DNA of 64,000 bases from an uncultured Verrucomicrobiae bacterium (GTDB lineage Bacteria > Verrucomicrobiota > Verrucomicrobiia > Chthoniobacterales > JAFAMB01), in contig CAWEXO010000011.1 in assembly GCA_963813025.1 (NCBI GenBank), forward strand, positions 736,001 through 800,000, read 5' to 3'. The notes under the pieces were generated by a model, which worked only from the letters and a program-made list of their open reading frames with translations, was not told the DNA's origin and did no database searches. The number at the start of each line of letters is the position of its first letter. The stretch's first letter is position 1. Shown in pieces: positions 51,116-60,309 of this stretch. A program made the translations under genes and the position numbers.

Positions 51116-52215
51116 AGCAGATCGAGAATCGCGTTCTTTTCGGGAGGCGCGGAAAGAGGAGGAGAAACGCGATCGAGGATTGCGCCCACATCTTTAAGGC
51201 CGTGACCGGTAACCGTGATGACAATCGTCTTGACCCTGCCGAGCTCCGCCTGCAGTGGGTACCGCGCGCTCGCTTGGCGACGCAGACATTTCAACAGCCC
51301 GGCGACTCCAGTCGCGCTGGCCGGCTCGACGAAGATGCCTTCCTCGCGCGCCAACCAGCGATGAGCCTCGAAGATCTCGGCGTCCTCCACGATATCAACC
51401 GCTCCCGCGGAAGCCTGAATAGCCGCGGTGGCGAGTTTCCAGCTCGCCGGATTGCCAATGCGAATGGCCGAAGCCTCGGTTTGCGGGTCGGGAATGATTT
51501 TATTGAAATAGATCGGGGCAGCACCACTTGCCTGGAACCCGAGCATTCGGGGCTGATGACGCGCCAGTCCGGCGGCAAAGTATTCCTGATAACCTTGCCA
51601 GTAAGCGCTGATATTTCCGGCATTGCCGATCGGCAGGATATGGAGGTCGGGCGCGTCCGCCAGAGCGTCGACCACTTCAAAGGCGGCAGTTTTCTGGCCG
51701 GCCAGCCGGTGGGGATTTATCGAATTGACGACCGCTACGCCCGGTTCTTCCGCCAGCATTCGCACCAGGTTGAGACAAGTATCGAAGTTTCCATCAATCC
51801 CAATCACCGTAGCGCCATAGATGAACGCCTGTGCGAGCTTGCCCATGGAGATCTTACCGGCAGGCAGAAGAACGGCGCAACGAATCCCGGCCCGCGCAGC
51901 ATAAGCGGCCGCAGCCGCGGAGGTATTGCCCGTAGAAGCGCACAGGAGGAGGCGCGCACCGTGTTCGACCGCTTTGCTCACGGCCACTGTCATACCGCGA
52001 TCTTTAAATGAGCCGGTCGGATTCAGGCCTTCGTGCTTCAGGTAAACCCGGCAATCGTGGCCCACCAGGCGGCTCAGCCGAGGAGCATCGATGAGCGGCG
52101 TCGATCCTTCACTAAGACTGATCACCGGCGTTTGCTCGTTCACCGGCAAGAATCGACGGTAACGCTCGATCACCCCCACCCGAAGGAAGGTCCGCTCCTG
52201 CGAATGAGTGCTCAT
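51103..52215 (-). CDS. thrC: Threonine synthase
   Basis: NPTGSFKDRGM, CASTGNTS and PIGNAGN motifs. Confidence 0.95.
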   Translation of the reverse strand: MSTHSQERTFLRVGVIERYRRFLPVNEQTPVISLSEGSTPLIDAPRLSRLVGHDCRVYLKHEGLNPTGSFKDRGMTVAVSKAVEHGARLLLCASTGNTSAAAAAYAARAGIRCAVLLPAGKISMGKLAQAFIYGATVIGIDGNFDTCLNLVRMLAEEPGVAVVNSINPHRLAGQKTAAFEVVDALADAPDLHILPIGNAGNISAYWQGYQEYFAAGLARHQPRMLGFQASGAAPIYFNKIIPDPQTEASAIRIGNPASWKLATAAIQASAGAVDIVEDAEIFEAHRWLAREEGIFVEPASATGVAGLLKCLRRQASARYPLQAELGRVKTIVITVTGHGLKDVGAILDRVSPPLSAPPEKNAILDLLWGN

Positions 52216-53504
52216 CACGAAATTGCCCAGAGCAGGGCCGGAGGCGATTTGACACACTCCAGATCACTGATCCGCTGAACCGCGGTTTGCATTCGGCCAA
52301 AAGGCGCGTTGTGGATCATCAAAACCAGCGGCACGCAACTCACTTCGTGGCTTTCCGGTTGAATCACCGAGGAAATCCCGATCTGGTGGGCCCCAAGGAC
52401 GCTGGCTATCTGGGCAAGTACGCCCGGCTGATCGTCGACGGTCAACCTCAGGTAGAAGGCTGAGTCGATCTCGGCGAGCGGGCGGCATTTTCCGTACATA
52501 CTGTGCGGAACGAAGCCGAAAGCTTTTCCGCCCGAGTCGAGAAAGATAGCGGCTTGAGCGAGATCGCTGATAACCGAGCTGGCTGTGGGATCCTGACCGG
52601 CTCCGCGGCCATAGAAGAGTGTATCGCCGACCACATCACCGCGCACCATCAAGGCATTAAAAACTCCATTCACCGAGGCCAGGACGTGCAACTTGGGGAT
52701 CAAAGTCGGACAAACCCGAACCTCAATGCCGGAATCGTGATCCGCCCGGATCGTCGCGAGCAGCTTAATGCGGTATCCGAGCCCATCGGCGAAGCGGATA
52801 TCCGCCGACGTAACCTTTTCGATACCCTCGACATAAACCTGGTCTGACCTTACCCAGAACCCATAAGCCAGCGAAGCCAGGATGATGGCTTTGTGCGCGG
52901 CATCTTCCCCGTTGACGTCAAGGGTAGGATCCGCCTCCGCGTAGCCCTCCCTCTGCGCTTCCTCCAAAGCTTCGGCAAACTCCAACCCGGCGTCCGTCAT
53001 GCGGGTGAGAATGTAATTGCTCGTCCCGTTGAGGATCGCTCGGATGGATTCGATATGGTTTCCAATAAATGCCTCGCGAATGGATTTGATGATCGGAATA
53101 CCGCCGGCCACCGCTGCCTCGAAGAATACCGGGATGTTTTTTTCTTCGGCTTTCCGGAAAATTTCCTGACCGCGCTCGGCGAGCAACGCCTTGTTTCCCG
53201 TGATCACGGGTTTTCCGGCGTCGAGGGAACAAAGGGCGAGCTCATAGGCGCCCTGGGTGCCGCCCATCAATTCGACTACAATCTGTACATTTTTGTCGGC
53301 AACCATTTCCCGCCAGTCGGCCGTCAAGAGATAGGCCGGCGGTTGTACATTTCTTACCAGAGAGGGATTTCGCACTGCGATCCGGCGAACGGCTAATTCA
53401 AGTCCCACGCGTTCGGTCAGAAGAACCCGATTCTGTTGCAGGTGACGGAACACGCCTGCGCCTACGGTGCCGAGGCCCGCCAGACCTATTCCGATTTGCT
53501 GCAT
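52215..53504 (-). CDS. hom: Homoserine dehydrogenase
   Basis: GLGTVG, EAAVAGGIP, GYAEADP and a C-terminal ACT domain. Confidence 0.96.
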   Translation of the reverse strand: MQQIGIGLAGLGTVGAGVFRHLQQNRVLLTERVGLELAVRRIAVRNPSLVRNVQPPAYLLTADWREMVADKNVQIVVELMGGTQGAYELALCSLDAGKPVITGNKALLAERGQEIFRKAEEKNIPVFFEAAVAGGIPIIKSIREAFIGNHIESIRAILNGTSNYILTRMTDAGLEFAEALEEAQREGYAEADPTLDVNGEDAAHKAIILASLAYGFWVRSDQVYVEGIEKVTSADIRFADGLGYRIKLLATIRADHDSGIEVRVCPTLIPKLHVLASVNGVFNALMVRGDVVGDTLFYGRGAGQDPTASSVISDLAQAAIFLDSGGKAFGFVPHSMYGKCRPLAEIDSAFYLRLTVDDQPGVLAQIASVLGAHQIGISSVIQPESHEVSCVPLVLMIHNAPFGRMQTAVQRISDLECVKSPPALLWAIS

Positions 53505-53592
53505 AGCGAGGGAGGCGCACTGTCGTGGAATCGTTTCCAGGTGTAAAGGGGAAGTTGAGAGTGCGGTGCCAGTGCCAGTGCTATCCTTTACC

Positions 53593-54351
53593 ATGAAATC
53601 GTCCATTGAACGTTTTACCGACCGCGTTTCGGATTATCGCAAGTACCGGCCGGATTATCCACGGGAACTCCTGGTGTTCCTGGAAAAACATGTTCTGCTG
53701 CCAGGTCCGGTGGCGGACGTTGGATCCGGGACTGGGATTTTATCGGGTCAGTTGCTCGCGAGCGGCTACGAGGTCTTCGCGGTTGAACCGAATCGGTCCA
53801 TGGCGGCAGCTGCCGAGGAGCAGTTCGGCCGCGATCCGCGGTTTCATGACGTCCCGCGCTTGGCCGAAGAAACCGGTTTGCCGTCGAGTTCGGTTCGACT
53901 GATCACTTGCGCCCAATCGTTCCACTGGTTCGATCGCGCCGGCGTAAAAAAAGAGTTCCGCCGGATTTTAATGCCGGCCGGTCACGTCGCCATAGTTTGG
54001 AATGAGCGATTGGATCGCGCCACCCCTTTTCAGGAGCAATATGAAAAGATAATGCAGGAGTTTGCTCCTGAGTACCCCCAGGTCGTTCATCGCAACGTGA
54101 CTGCGGAACAACTCGAACAATTTTTCGCGCCAGGCAGCATGGAGTGTCTGACCTTCTCGCATCCGCAGCCGCTGTCCCGGGAACAGTTGATTGGGCGCGC
54201 TTTATCCTCCTCTTACGTTCCGAAGGAAGGGGAAACAGGCTATCGAGAGATTCAGGCAGCGCTCGAGTCGCTCTTCGATCGGACACAGCTGGACGGAATG
54301 GTCCGTATGGACTACGAGACCCGGGCGTACTTCGGCTCCTTTGAGGGCTGA
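53593..54351 (+). CDS. Class I SAM-dependent methyltransferase
   Basis: YRPDYP, DVGSGTG and AQSFHWFD motifs. Confidence 0.9.
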   Translation: MKSSIERFTDRVSDYRKYRPDYPRELLVFLEKHVLLPGPVADVGSGTGILSGQLLASGYEVFAVEPNRSMAAAAEEQFGRDPRFHDVPRLAEETGLPSSSVRLITCAQSFHWFDRAGVKKEFRRILMPAGHVAIVWNERLDRATPFQEQYEKIMQEFAPEYPQVVHRNVTAEQLEQFFAPGSMECLTFSHPQPLSREQLIGRALSSSYVPKEGETGYREIQAALESLFDRTQLDGMVRMDYETRAYFGSFEG

Positions 54352-54419
54352 GGTGCCGGGTAAACATTCGATCCACGGGCGTGGCTGTCACAAAAAGGAT
54401 TACTCCCAACATGTCGCTG

Positions 54420-54978
54420 GCCCTGTGCCGATAGGGCGAGAATTTTAATTCGAGCCTTAGGCGAGAACCGGACCGTGGAGGTCGCCATGCCAAAGAGGCT
54501 CGAATAAATTCTCGCCCTACCGGCGCAGGGTCGAGCCATGTTGCGAGACAGCCTCTTTAATTCGAGCCGCTTTCGGAGTGGCGTCAAGGACCAGGAGCGG
54601 TAGGGATGAGCTTCCGACTACGGAGAAGCCTTCCTCGCGGCTCGGATATGGAATGGCACAAACGCTTGGCCGGAGGGCGCGCCGTAGCCTTGCGGAGGCG
54701 GCCTGCTCGTCCAGATCGAGAGGTGGCCCAACACTAAGGAGGTTAAGCGGAGCTTGCCCCTATCGACCCTTACCGACCGGGGGTGTCATGAGAAACTCTT
54801 TATCTGATGCGTCCGCCAAAGACATTCTATCGATCTTCAAATGGAAAAGTTGTGGCTTAAGAGTTTCTGAGCCGCAATATCCAGGAGCCGTCGGAGCCTG
54901 CGGCTTTCCCCAGCGTCCGGCTCAAACAAGTTCTCGCTAAAGCTCGTCCGCCAAGGCGGATCGCCGTACCGGCACAGG
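54420..54978. repeat. REP-rich intergenic cluster (family B and others)
   Basis: TAGGGCGAGAATTT...AAATTCTCGCCCTA inverted pair; segments shared with the repeats at 27232, 31108 and 37663. Confidence 0.7.
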
Positions 54979-54979
54979 G

Positions 54980-56167
54980 TCAAGAACACTCTCTGAAAAT
55001 GCGATCTCGGGGTTCTCGCAGCGCTCCCAAAACCCGGTCGATTTCCTCTTCGGTATTATAAAAATGCGGGCTGAATCGGAGCAGTTTGCGGCCGGCGCGA
55101 TCTTCTCGGGCTGAGCAGATGATATTGTTTTGGGCGAGCTTCGCATGAAGGGCGGCCAGGTCACGTGTAGGGTGAGTCACTGTCACAATTCCGGAAGCGA
55201 TTTCGCTCGCGACCGGACTTCGCAGCTCGAATCCCAGCTCGACGAGCCCATGGGCCAAAGTTTGGCCGAGGGCTCGGATCCGGCCGGCCACTCGTTCAAT
55301 TTCGATTTCAAGAAGTAGATCGATAGCCGCCTTCATTCCCGCGATCGCCGGAAAATTCAAAACCCCGGGCTCGTACCGTTGGGCTGTCGACACAAACTCG
55401 ATGTCGTTCTGCGCGATGAAGTTCGGGCTTTTCACGTTCCACGCCCCAAGCAATGTTGGGCGGCAGATTTCAAAACGGAACTGGCGAACAAACACAATAC
55501 CCATCGCAACTGGTCCGAGCAGCCATTTATGGGCGTCTGCGCTGAGGAAATCGACGTGTTCAACCGTTGTGGGAAAAGCGCCGAGCGTCTGGATCGCGTC
55601 GACGCAAAACATTATCCCGCGCTCCGATAAAAGCTGCCCGATGGCGTCCAGATCGATCCGGTAACCGGAAACGAAATTACACGAGGCGAGCGCCACCAGC
55701 CGGGTACGGGGCGACAAATTTTTTGCCACCAGCTTAGCAGTTAGTTCACCGAGATTGGACGGTTCCAGGAAACGAACCGTTACGCCGCGCGATCGGAGAT
55801 TGAGCCACGGATAGACGTTAGCCGGGTAGTCGTCCAAATAACACAAGACCTCATCGTCGCGCTGCCAGTCAATTCCGTTGGCAAAAAGGCTTAGTCCCAG
55901 TGAGGTCGGACCCAGTAGCGCGATTTCCTCAGGAGCTGCATGGATCAACCGCGCGGCCGCTGCACGAGTCTCCTGAATGAGCTGCGTGATCTCCGAGAAG
56001 TCGACGAACTCCGTCGAAAAGCGCCCGATCAGGTGCGTTATCGCATCGGCCACCCGCTTCGGCAGGGCGGTGACCGCCGCGTGGGCCATAAAGATCTTGT
56101 GACGGCAAATCGGAAATTGGAGGAGTCGTTGTTCTTCGTCGTTCTCGATTAACTGCAGGAGATCCAT
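54980..56167 (-). CDS. Class V PLP-dependent aminotransferase / cysteine desulfurase-like
   Basis: VDAIQTLG, ADAHKWLLGP and RFSPHFYN motifs. Confidence 0.88.
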   Translation of the reverse strand: MDLLQLIENDEEQRLLQFPICRHKIFMAHAAVTALPKRVADAITHLIGRFSTEFVDFSEITQLIQETRAAAARLIHAAPEEIALLGPTSLGLSLFANGIDWQRDDEVLCYLDDYPANVYPWLNLRSRGVTVRFLEPSNLGELTAKLVAKNLSPRTRLVALASCNFVSGYRIDLDAIGQLLSERGIMFCVDAIQTLGAFPTTVEHVDFLSADAHKWLLGPVAMGIVFVRQFRFEICRPTLLGAWNVKSPNFIAQNDIEFVSTAQRYEPGVLNFPAIAGMKAAIDLLLEIEIERVAGRIRALGQTLAHGLVELGFELRSPVASEIASGIVTVTHPTRDLAALHAKLAQNNIICSAREDRAGRKLLRFSPHFYNTEEEIDRVLGALREPRDRIFRECS

Positions 56168-56298
56168 AACCACGTATAGTTTCCAAACCTCAACTTTCAA
56201 ACGGTCAAAAGCCTCGGGGCCGTGGGACAGTGGTTCTTTCGGACCCACAGTGCCAGTGTCAGTACCGGACTGATGTGCTAAGCTAAGCAGCGAGTGCG

Positions 56299-56658
56299 AT
56301 GTACCAGATCGTCTTTAACGAGATCAGCGCGGCAGAAATCTCGAATATTCCGAAAGAGCTGCAGCTCGAATTGCTGGCCGAATTCAAATTTCTGCCGGAC
56401 GATCTGGATCAGCTCGATTCGAAAGCGTTCGGTTTGATCGAGCGTGACGATAAGAAGCTTTATCGGTATCGCGCTCACGATTATCGGATCTACTTTGCTC
56501 GGAGCGAGGAAGGCATCGTAGTGCATCGAGTGCTCCACAAGAATACCATTCGGGATTTTCTCTATCGTTCGAAGTTGCCAGTGGGAGAAGACGAACAGTT
56601 GCAGGAACACGCCGGATTTTGGAAGCTGATCGAGGAAGGGGAGAAGAAGAAACGATGA
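56299..56658 (+). CDS. RelE/ParE-like protein with no adjacent antitoxin
   Basis: MYQIVF...LYRYRAHDYRIYF...VVHRVLH pattern. Confidence 0.65.
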   Translation: MYQIVFNEISAAEISNIPKELQLELLAEFKFLPDDLDQLDSKAFGLIERDDKKLYRYRAHDYRIYFARSEEGIVVHRVLHKNTIRDFLYRSKLPVGEDEQLQEHAGFWKLIEEGEKKKR

Positions 56659-57332
56659 ACCGACGATATTCCAGCTCGGGCCGTTTACTAGCACTGACCC
56701 TGGCACTAGCCCTGACATTGACACTGCCGGCCTTTTCCGAACTCCACTGGGACGCTCCTCCGCAGCAGAGCTTCAAAGTCAAGCCAACCGCCGAGGATGT
56801 AAAAGCGATTTTCAAATTCCAGAATACGGGCTCGACCCCAGTAACGATCAGCGAGGTAAAGACCTCCTGCGGCTGTACCACCGCGGCTCTAGACAAGAAA
56901 GAGTATGCTCCGGGAGAAGCGGGTCAGATCGTAGCTGATTTCCATGTAGCGGGGCGGACCGGTCATCAGGAAAAAGCAATCATGGTCAGGACCAGCGATC
57001 AGCCACGGCCGACCATCCTTTCACTGGCGGTTGATATTCCTGACCTGGTCAAGATCGATCCTGAAATCGTTTTCTGGAAAATCGGCGATCCACCCGATTC
57101 CAAAGCTATTCACATCAGCGTCAATGATGAGGTACCGGTGCGGATCACCTCGGTCGAGAGTGACAACCCAACGGTCCACCTGACCGTGCATGAGACCAAG
57201 CCCGGGAAGGAGCTGGAACTTGAGTTGCGTCCGGCGGATACCGCCCATCCGGCCAGCGCTGTGCTGTTGGTGCAAACCGATTATCCCCCGGAGAATCCAC
57301 AGACGCATTATGCGTATGCACGGGTGAAATGA
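56655..57332 (+). CDS. DUF1573 Ig-like domain secreted protein
   Basis: FKFQNTG...VKTSCGCT...PGE motif; signal peptide. Confidence 0.85.
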   Translation: MNRRYSSSGRLLALTLALALTLTLPAFSELHWDAPPQQSFKVKPTAEDVKAIFKFQNTGSTPVTISEVKTSCGCTTAALDKKEYAPGEAGQIVADFHVAGRTGHQEKAIMVRTSDQPRPTILSLAVDIPDLVKIDPEIVFWKIGDPPDSKAIHISVNDEVPVRITSVESDNPTVHLTVHETKPGKELELELRPADTAHPASAVLLVQTDYPPENPQTHYAYARVK

Positions 57333-57787
57333 GATTTTCTCGGTCTACGGGAATCATTCGGGTCGCGCTGCGGCAAGCTCTTGGCATCATTGCCGTCGCG
57401 CTCCTGCCAGCGCTGCTTTCGGCTGCTTTTCATCCCCGCAAACCAACGAAATTACGATCAAACGAGGTCGATCTCGCAACGGTGGCGGGTTGGGGACAGA
57501 CCGTCCTCTGGGTGGATGCCCGGTCAATGGAGGAGTTCAGCCAAGGTCATATTTCCGGTGCGATCCCGCTGAATCTGGAACAATGGGACCAATTAATCCC
57601 CGCTTTCCTGGACCGATGGAATCCCGGCCAGAAGATCGTGGTTTATTGCAGTTCGCGTGATTGCGATCTCAGTACGCAGGTTGCGGCCCGGCTTCGAGAA
57701 AACAAGATCAGCCCGGTGTACGTGCTGCGCGGAGGCTGGGAAAGTTGGGTCAGCCGTCATCGCTCAGAAATCCGTACGGATTTCTGA
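57329..57787 (+). CDS. Membrane-anchored rhodanese-like protein
   Basis: VDARS...GHISGA, VVYCSSRDC and LRGGWESW motifs. Confidence 0.88.
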   Translation: MRFSRSTGIIRVALRQALGIIAVALLPALLSAAFHPRKPTKLRSNEVDLATVAGWGQTVLWVDARSMEEFSQGHISGAIPLNLEQWDQLIPAFLDRWNPGQKIVVYCSSRDCDLSTQVAARLRENKISPVYVLRGGWESWVSRHRSEIRTDF

Positions 57788-57845
57788 GCGATGTCGGCTG
57801 CCTTTTAGAAAAGAAAGACAAAAACACGTTCGAAAAACACGTTCG

Positions 57846-58337
57846 TTGAATTCATCTATTTTTAAAAAGGCCTTCGCGGAGCGTCTGCGAAGAGCTCTCT
57901 CTACGAAGCTCTGGTTGTTTGTTTTCCAGACTTGCCGGGTGGTGTTAGGAGGGATCTTTGTCTTGGCTGGGGCGACAAAAGCGTACGATCTGGCAGGGTT
58001 CGCCGATCAGATCAATCACTTCCATCTGTTGCCCTGGCCCTTGGTGGCCGGTCTGGCGGTATTTCTTCCCTGGTTGGAGATGATCTCCGGGATTCTGTTG
58101 ATTGTGCGGAAGCTCGAATTAGGTGCACTGCTGATCATTACTGGGTTGCTCGTCGTGTTCACCTTTGCCCTGACCAGCGCCTGGCTGCGCCATCTGGACA
58201 TTGATTGCGGGTGTTTTGGTCATGCCCTTCCTCCAATGACGGTCGCGTGGGGCGCGGTCCGCGATCTTTTCCTGCTGACTCTGACCAGTCTGCTCTGGGT
58301 AGCCTGCATCGCTCACAAATCTTCTAAGGATTTATGA
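57846..58337 (+). CDS. MauE/DoxX family membrane protein (start uncertain)
   Basis: RVVLGGIFVLAG, LPWLE and DIDCGCFG motifs. Confidence 0.8.
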   Translation: MNSSIFKKAFAERLRRALSTKLWLFVFQTCRVVLGGIFVLAGATKAYDLAGFADQINHFHLLPWPLVAGLAVFLPWLEMISGILLIVRKLELGALLIITGLLVVFTFALTSAWLRHLDIDCGCFGHALPPMTVAWGAVRDLFLLTLTSLLWVACIAHKSSKDL

Positions 58338-58389
58338 GCGATGCAGGCCCTGGAGGCAGAATTCTCCGGCTACGCCAGAGGTTTCTGCC
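58302..58389. repeat. REP-like family A, copy 4
   Basis: GCCTGCATCGCTCACAAATC...GATTTATGAGCGATGCAGGC plus GGCAGAATTCTCCGGC...AGAGGTTTCTGCC. Confidence 0.8.
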
Positions 58390-58443
58390 GGAGGGCGGCC
58401 CAACTGGTTGTATAATCGAATGCTCCATGCGATAGACGTATCC

Positions 58444-58682
58444 ATGCAAAAGCTGCAAATTTTGTTTCCCGATCCTGTGATGCGCCGGTTGCGCCGGATT
58501 GCGCGAATGCAGGATCGCCCAATCAGCGAAATTGTGCGCCGAGCCGTGACGACGCTCTGAAGCGAATTCCCGACACAGCGGAACGGGAAACGCCGCCGTC
58601 GATTCCGACGGTTAATGCCGGTAAAATGCTCGTCGCGCCGGAGTCGCTCCGCGACATGGTCTATCGTGATCGGGTTGGCTGA
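58444..58682 (+). CDS. Ribbon-helix-helix antitoxin (one apparent frameshift; absent from the ORF track)
   Basis: MQKLQILFPDPVMRRLRRIARMQDRPISEIVRRAV, then shifted DDALKRIP...RDMVYRDRVG-stop ending 5 nt before the PIN gene. Confidence 0.7.
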
Positions 58683-58687
58683 CGGGC

Positions 58688-59122
58688 ATGAAAAGTTTCG
58701 ATACCAATATCCTGATCTATGCCATCAATGAGGCGGCGCCGGAACACGAACAGGCCAAGCGCTTCGTTAGAAATATCGTGGCAAATCCCGACGACTGGAT
58801 TCTGGCCGAACAAGTGTTGATTGAAGTGTACTGTGTTTTGCGAAACCCGGCGGTTTTCCGGAAACCGTTATCATCCGAGCAGGCTTTGAGCATCATTGAT
58901 TTCTATCGAACGAACGCAGGTCTGCAGATTTGCTGCTACGAAATCGAGTATTGGGCCGAGCTACGGCCAATTCTCCGATCGCCCGGTTTTCCCGCGAAAA
59001 GAACTTTTGATGCGATGCTCGCAGTTACTTTGCAGGCGAACAGAGTTGAATTGTTTTACACTTGCAATACCAAGGACTTTGACCGGTTCGGGTTCGACAC
59101 AGTGTCAAATCCAATCGATTAG
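58688..59122 (+). CDS. vapC: VapC/PIN-domain toxin
   Basis: FDTNILIYA, QVLIE, FDAMLA and NTKDF motifs. Confidence 0.9.
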   Translation: MKSFDTNILIYAINEAAPEHEQAKRFVRNIVANPDDWILAEQVLIEVYCVLRNPAVFRKPLSSEQALSIIDFYRTNAGLQICCYEIEYWAELRPILRSPGFPAKRTFDAMLAVTLQANRVELFYTCNTKDFDRFGFDTVSNPID

Positions 59123-59139
59123 CGAAAGTATCAGGAACA

Positions 59140-60240
59140 ATGGACACCCATCGCAGTTGGGCTGAAATCGAATTCCGCGCGCTCGAACACAATCTGCGGA
59201 TTCTTCGCTCCTTCCTGACCTCCGGCGTGCAAGTCGTGGCTGTCATCAAAGCAGATGCCTACGGCCACGGACTGAGAGAGGTCGCGGTGGCAATCGATTC
59301 CAAGATCGACGCCTTTGGGGTCGCGAATTTAGCGGAAGCTCTAGAGATCGTTGAGGCCGGCGCAGGCGCACCGGTCTTGATCCTCAGTCCTGCTCTGCCT
59401 TCGGAGCGACGGGCAATCGCGGTGAATCGTTTTATTCCAATGATATCGACTGAAGGAGAAGCCGAAGCGTACGCCGGCCTGGTGGGGAGTGGACCGCCAT
59501 TGCCCGTCCATTTCGTGGTCGATACCGGCATGGGCCGGATCGGTTTGTGGGAACAGGAAGCCGCGCAAACGCTTAGCCGCATTTTGCGGCACAAGAAGCT
59601 TCAAGTAGTCGCCCTTTCATCGCATTTGCCGGTAGCTGATGAGGATCCGCGGTACACGGACGACCAATTGGGTAGGTTTGCCGGGCAAAGGGCCGATCTG
59701 TTCCCTGTTGGTGTACCGTCGACAATCCTCAACAGCGCCGGGGTCTTGAGATGGCCCCAGGCAGCGCGGAGTGGCGATCTAGTGCGGCTCGGATTATCCG
59801 TCTACGGTATCTCACCATTTTCCGAGATCCAGAGCCGCTTACAACCGGTATTGACTTGGAAAACCCGGGTCATTCTGGTCCGTTCGCTTGGCCCTGGGCG
59901 CAGCATCAGTTATGGCCGGACGTTCGTGACGACGAAGCCGACGCGAGCGGCGACCCTCGCGATCGGCTACGCTGATGGTTATCAACGTCATCTTTCCGGT
60001 CAGGGAACCGAAGTACTCGTTCGCGGCGTGCGCTGTCCGGTGCTCGGTCGCGTGACAATGGATCAGATCGTAGTCGATGTGACTGGCGCCGGTGCCATCG
60101 AACCAGGAGAGGAAGTGGTCTTGATTGGCCGGCAAGGCGCCGCACAAATCCTGGCTACTGAACTGGCCGATAAGGCAGGAACGATCGCCTGGGAAATTTT
60201 CACCGGAATCACCAAACGCGTAGCCCGGGTATACCGCTAG
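59140..60240 (+). CDS. alr: Alanine racemase
   Basis: AVIKADAYGHG, DTGMGRIG, GYADG and GRVTMDQ motifs. Confidence 0.96.
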   Translation: MDTHRSWAEIEFRALEHNLRILRSFLTSGVQVVAVIKADAYGHGLREVAVAIDSKIDAFGVANLAEALEIVEAGAGAPVLILSPALPSERRAIAVNRFIPMISTEGEAEAYAGLVGSGPPLPVHFVVDTGMGRIGLWEQEAAQTLSRILRHKKLQVVALSSHLPVADEDPRYTDDQLGRFAGQRADLFPVGVPSTILNSAGVLRWPQAARSGDLVRLGLSVYGISPFSEIQSRLQPVLTWKTRVILVRSLGPGRSISYGRTFVTTKPTRAATLAIGYADGYQRHLSGQGTEVLVRGVRCPVLGRVTMDQIVVDVTGAGAIEPGEEVVLIGRQGAAQILATELADKAGTIAWEIFTGITKRVARVYR

Positions 60241-60309
60241 CTAAGCTAGAGCCGACCCAAAGAGGGCCTCGCACGGAGGCCGCGGTACAACGAAGCCGCA
60301 ACCAGCGAT

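Noticed and set aside
9004..52011. Long antisense ORFs such as 9004-9783, 11602-12624, 29324-30328 and 51079-52011
   Set aside because: They are shadows of well-supported genes on the opposite strand in GC-rich DNA and have no recognisable motifs.
53467..53606. N-terminal extensions of hom (STGTGTALS) and of the methyltransferase (AVPVPVL)
   Set aside because: These are translations of the intergenic hexamer array. Better starts lie at 53504 and 53593.
58558..58560. TGA read-through (selenocysteine) in the RHH antitoxin
   Set aside because: The plausible continuation is in a different frame, so an indel rather than recoding explains it.
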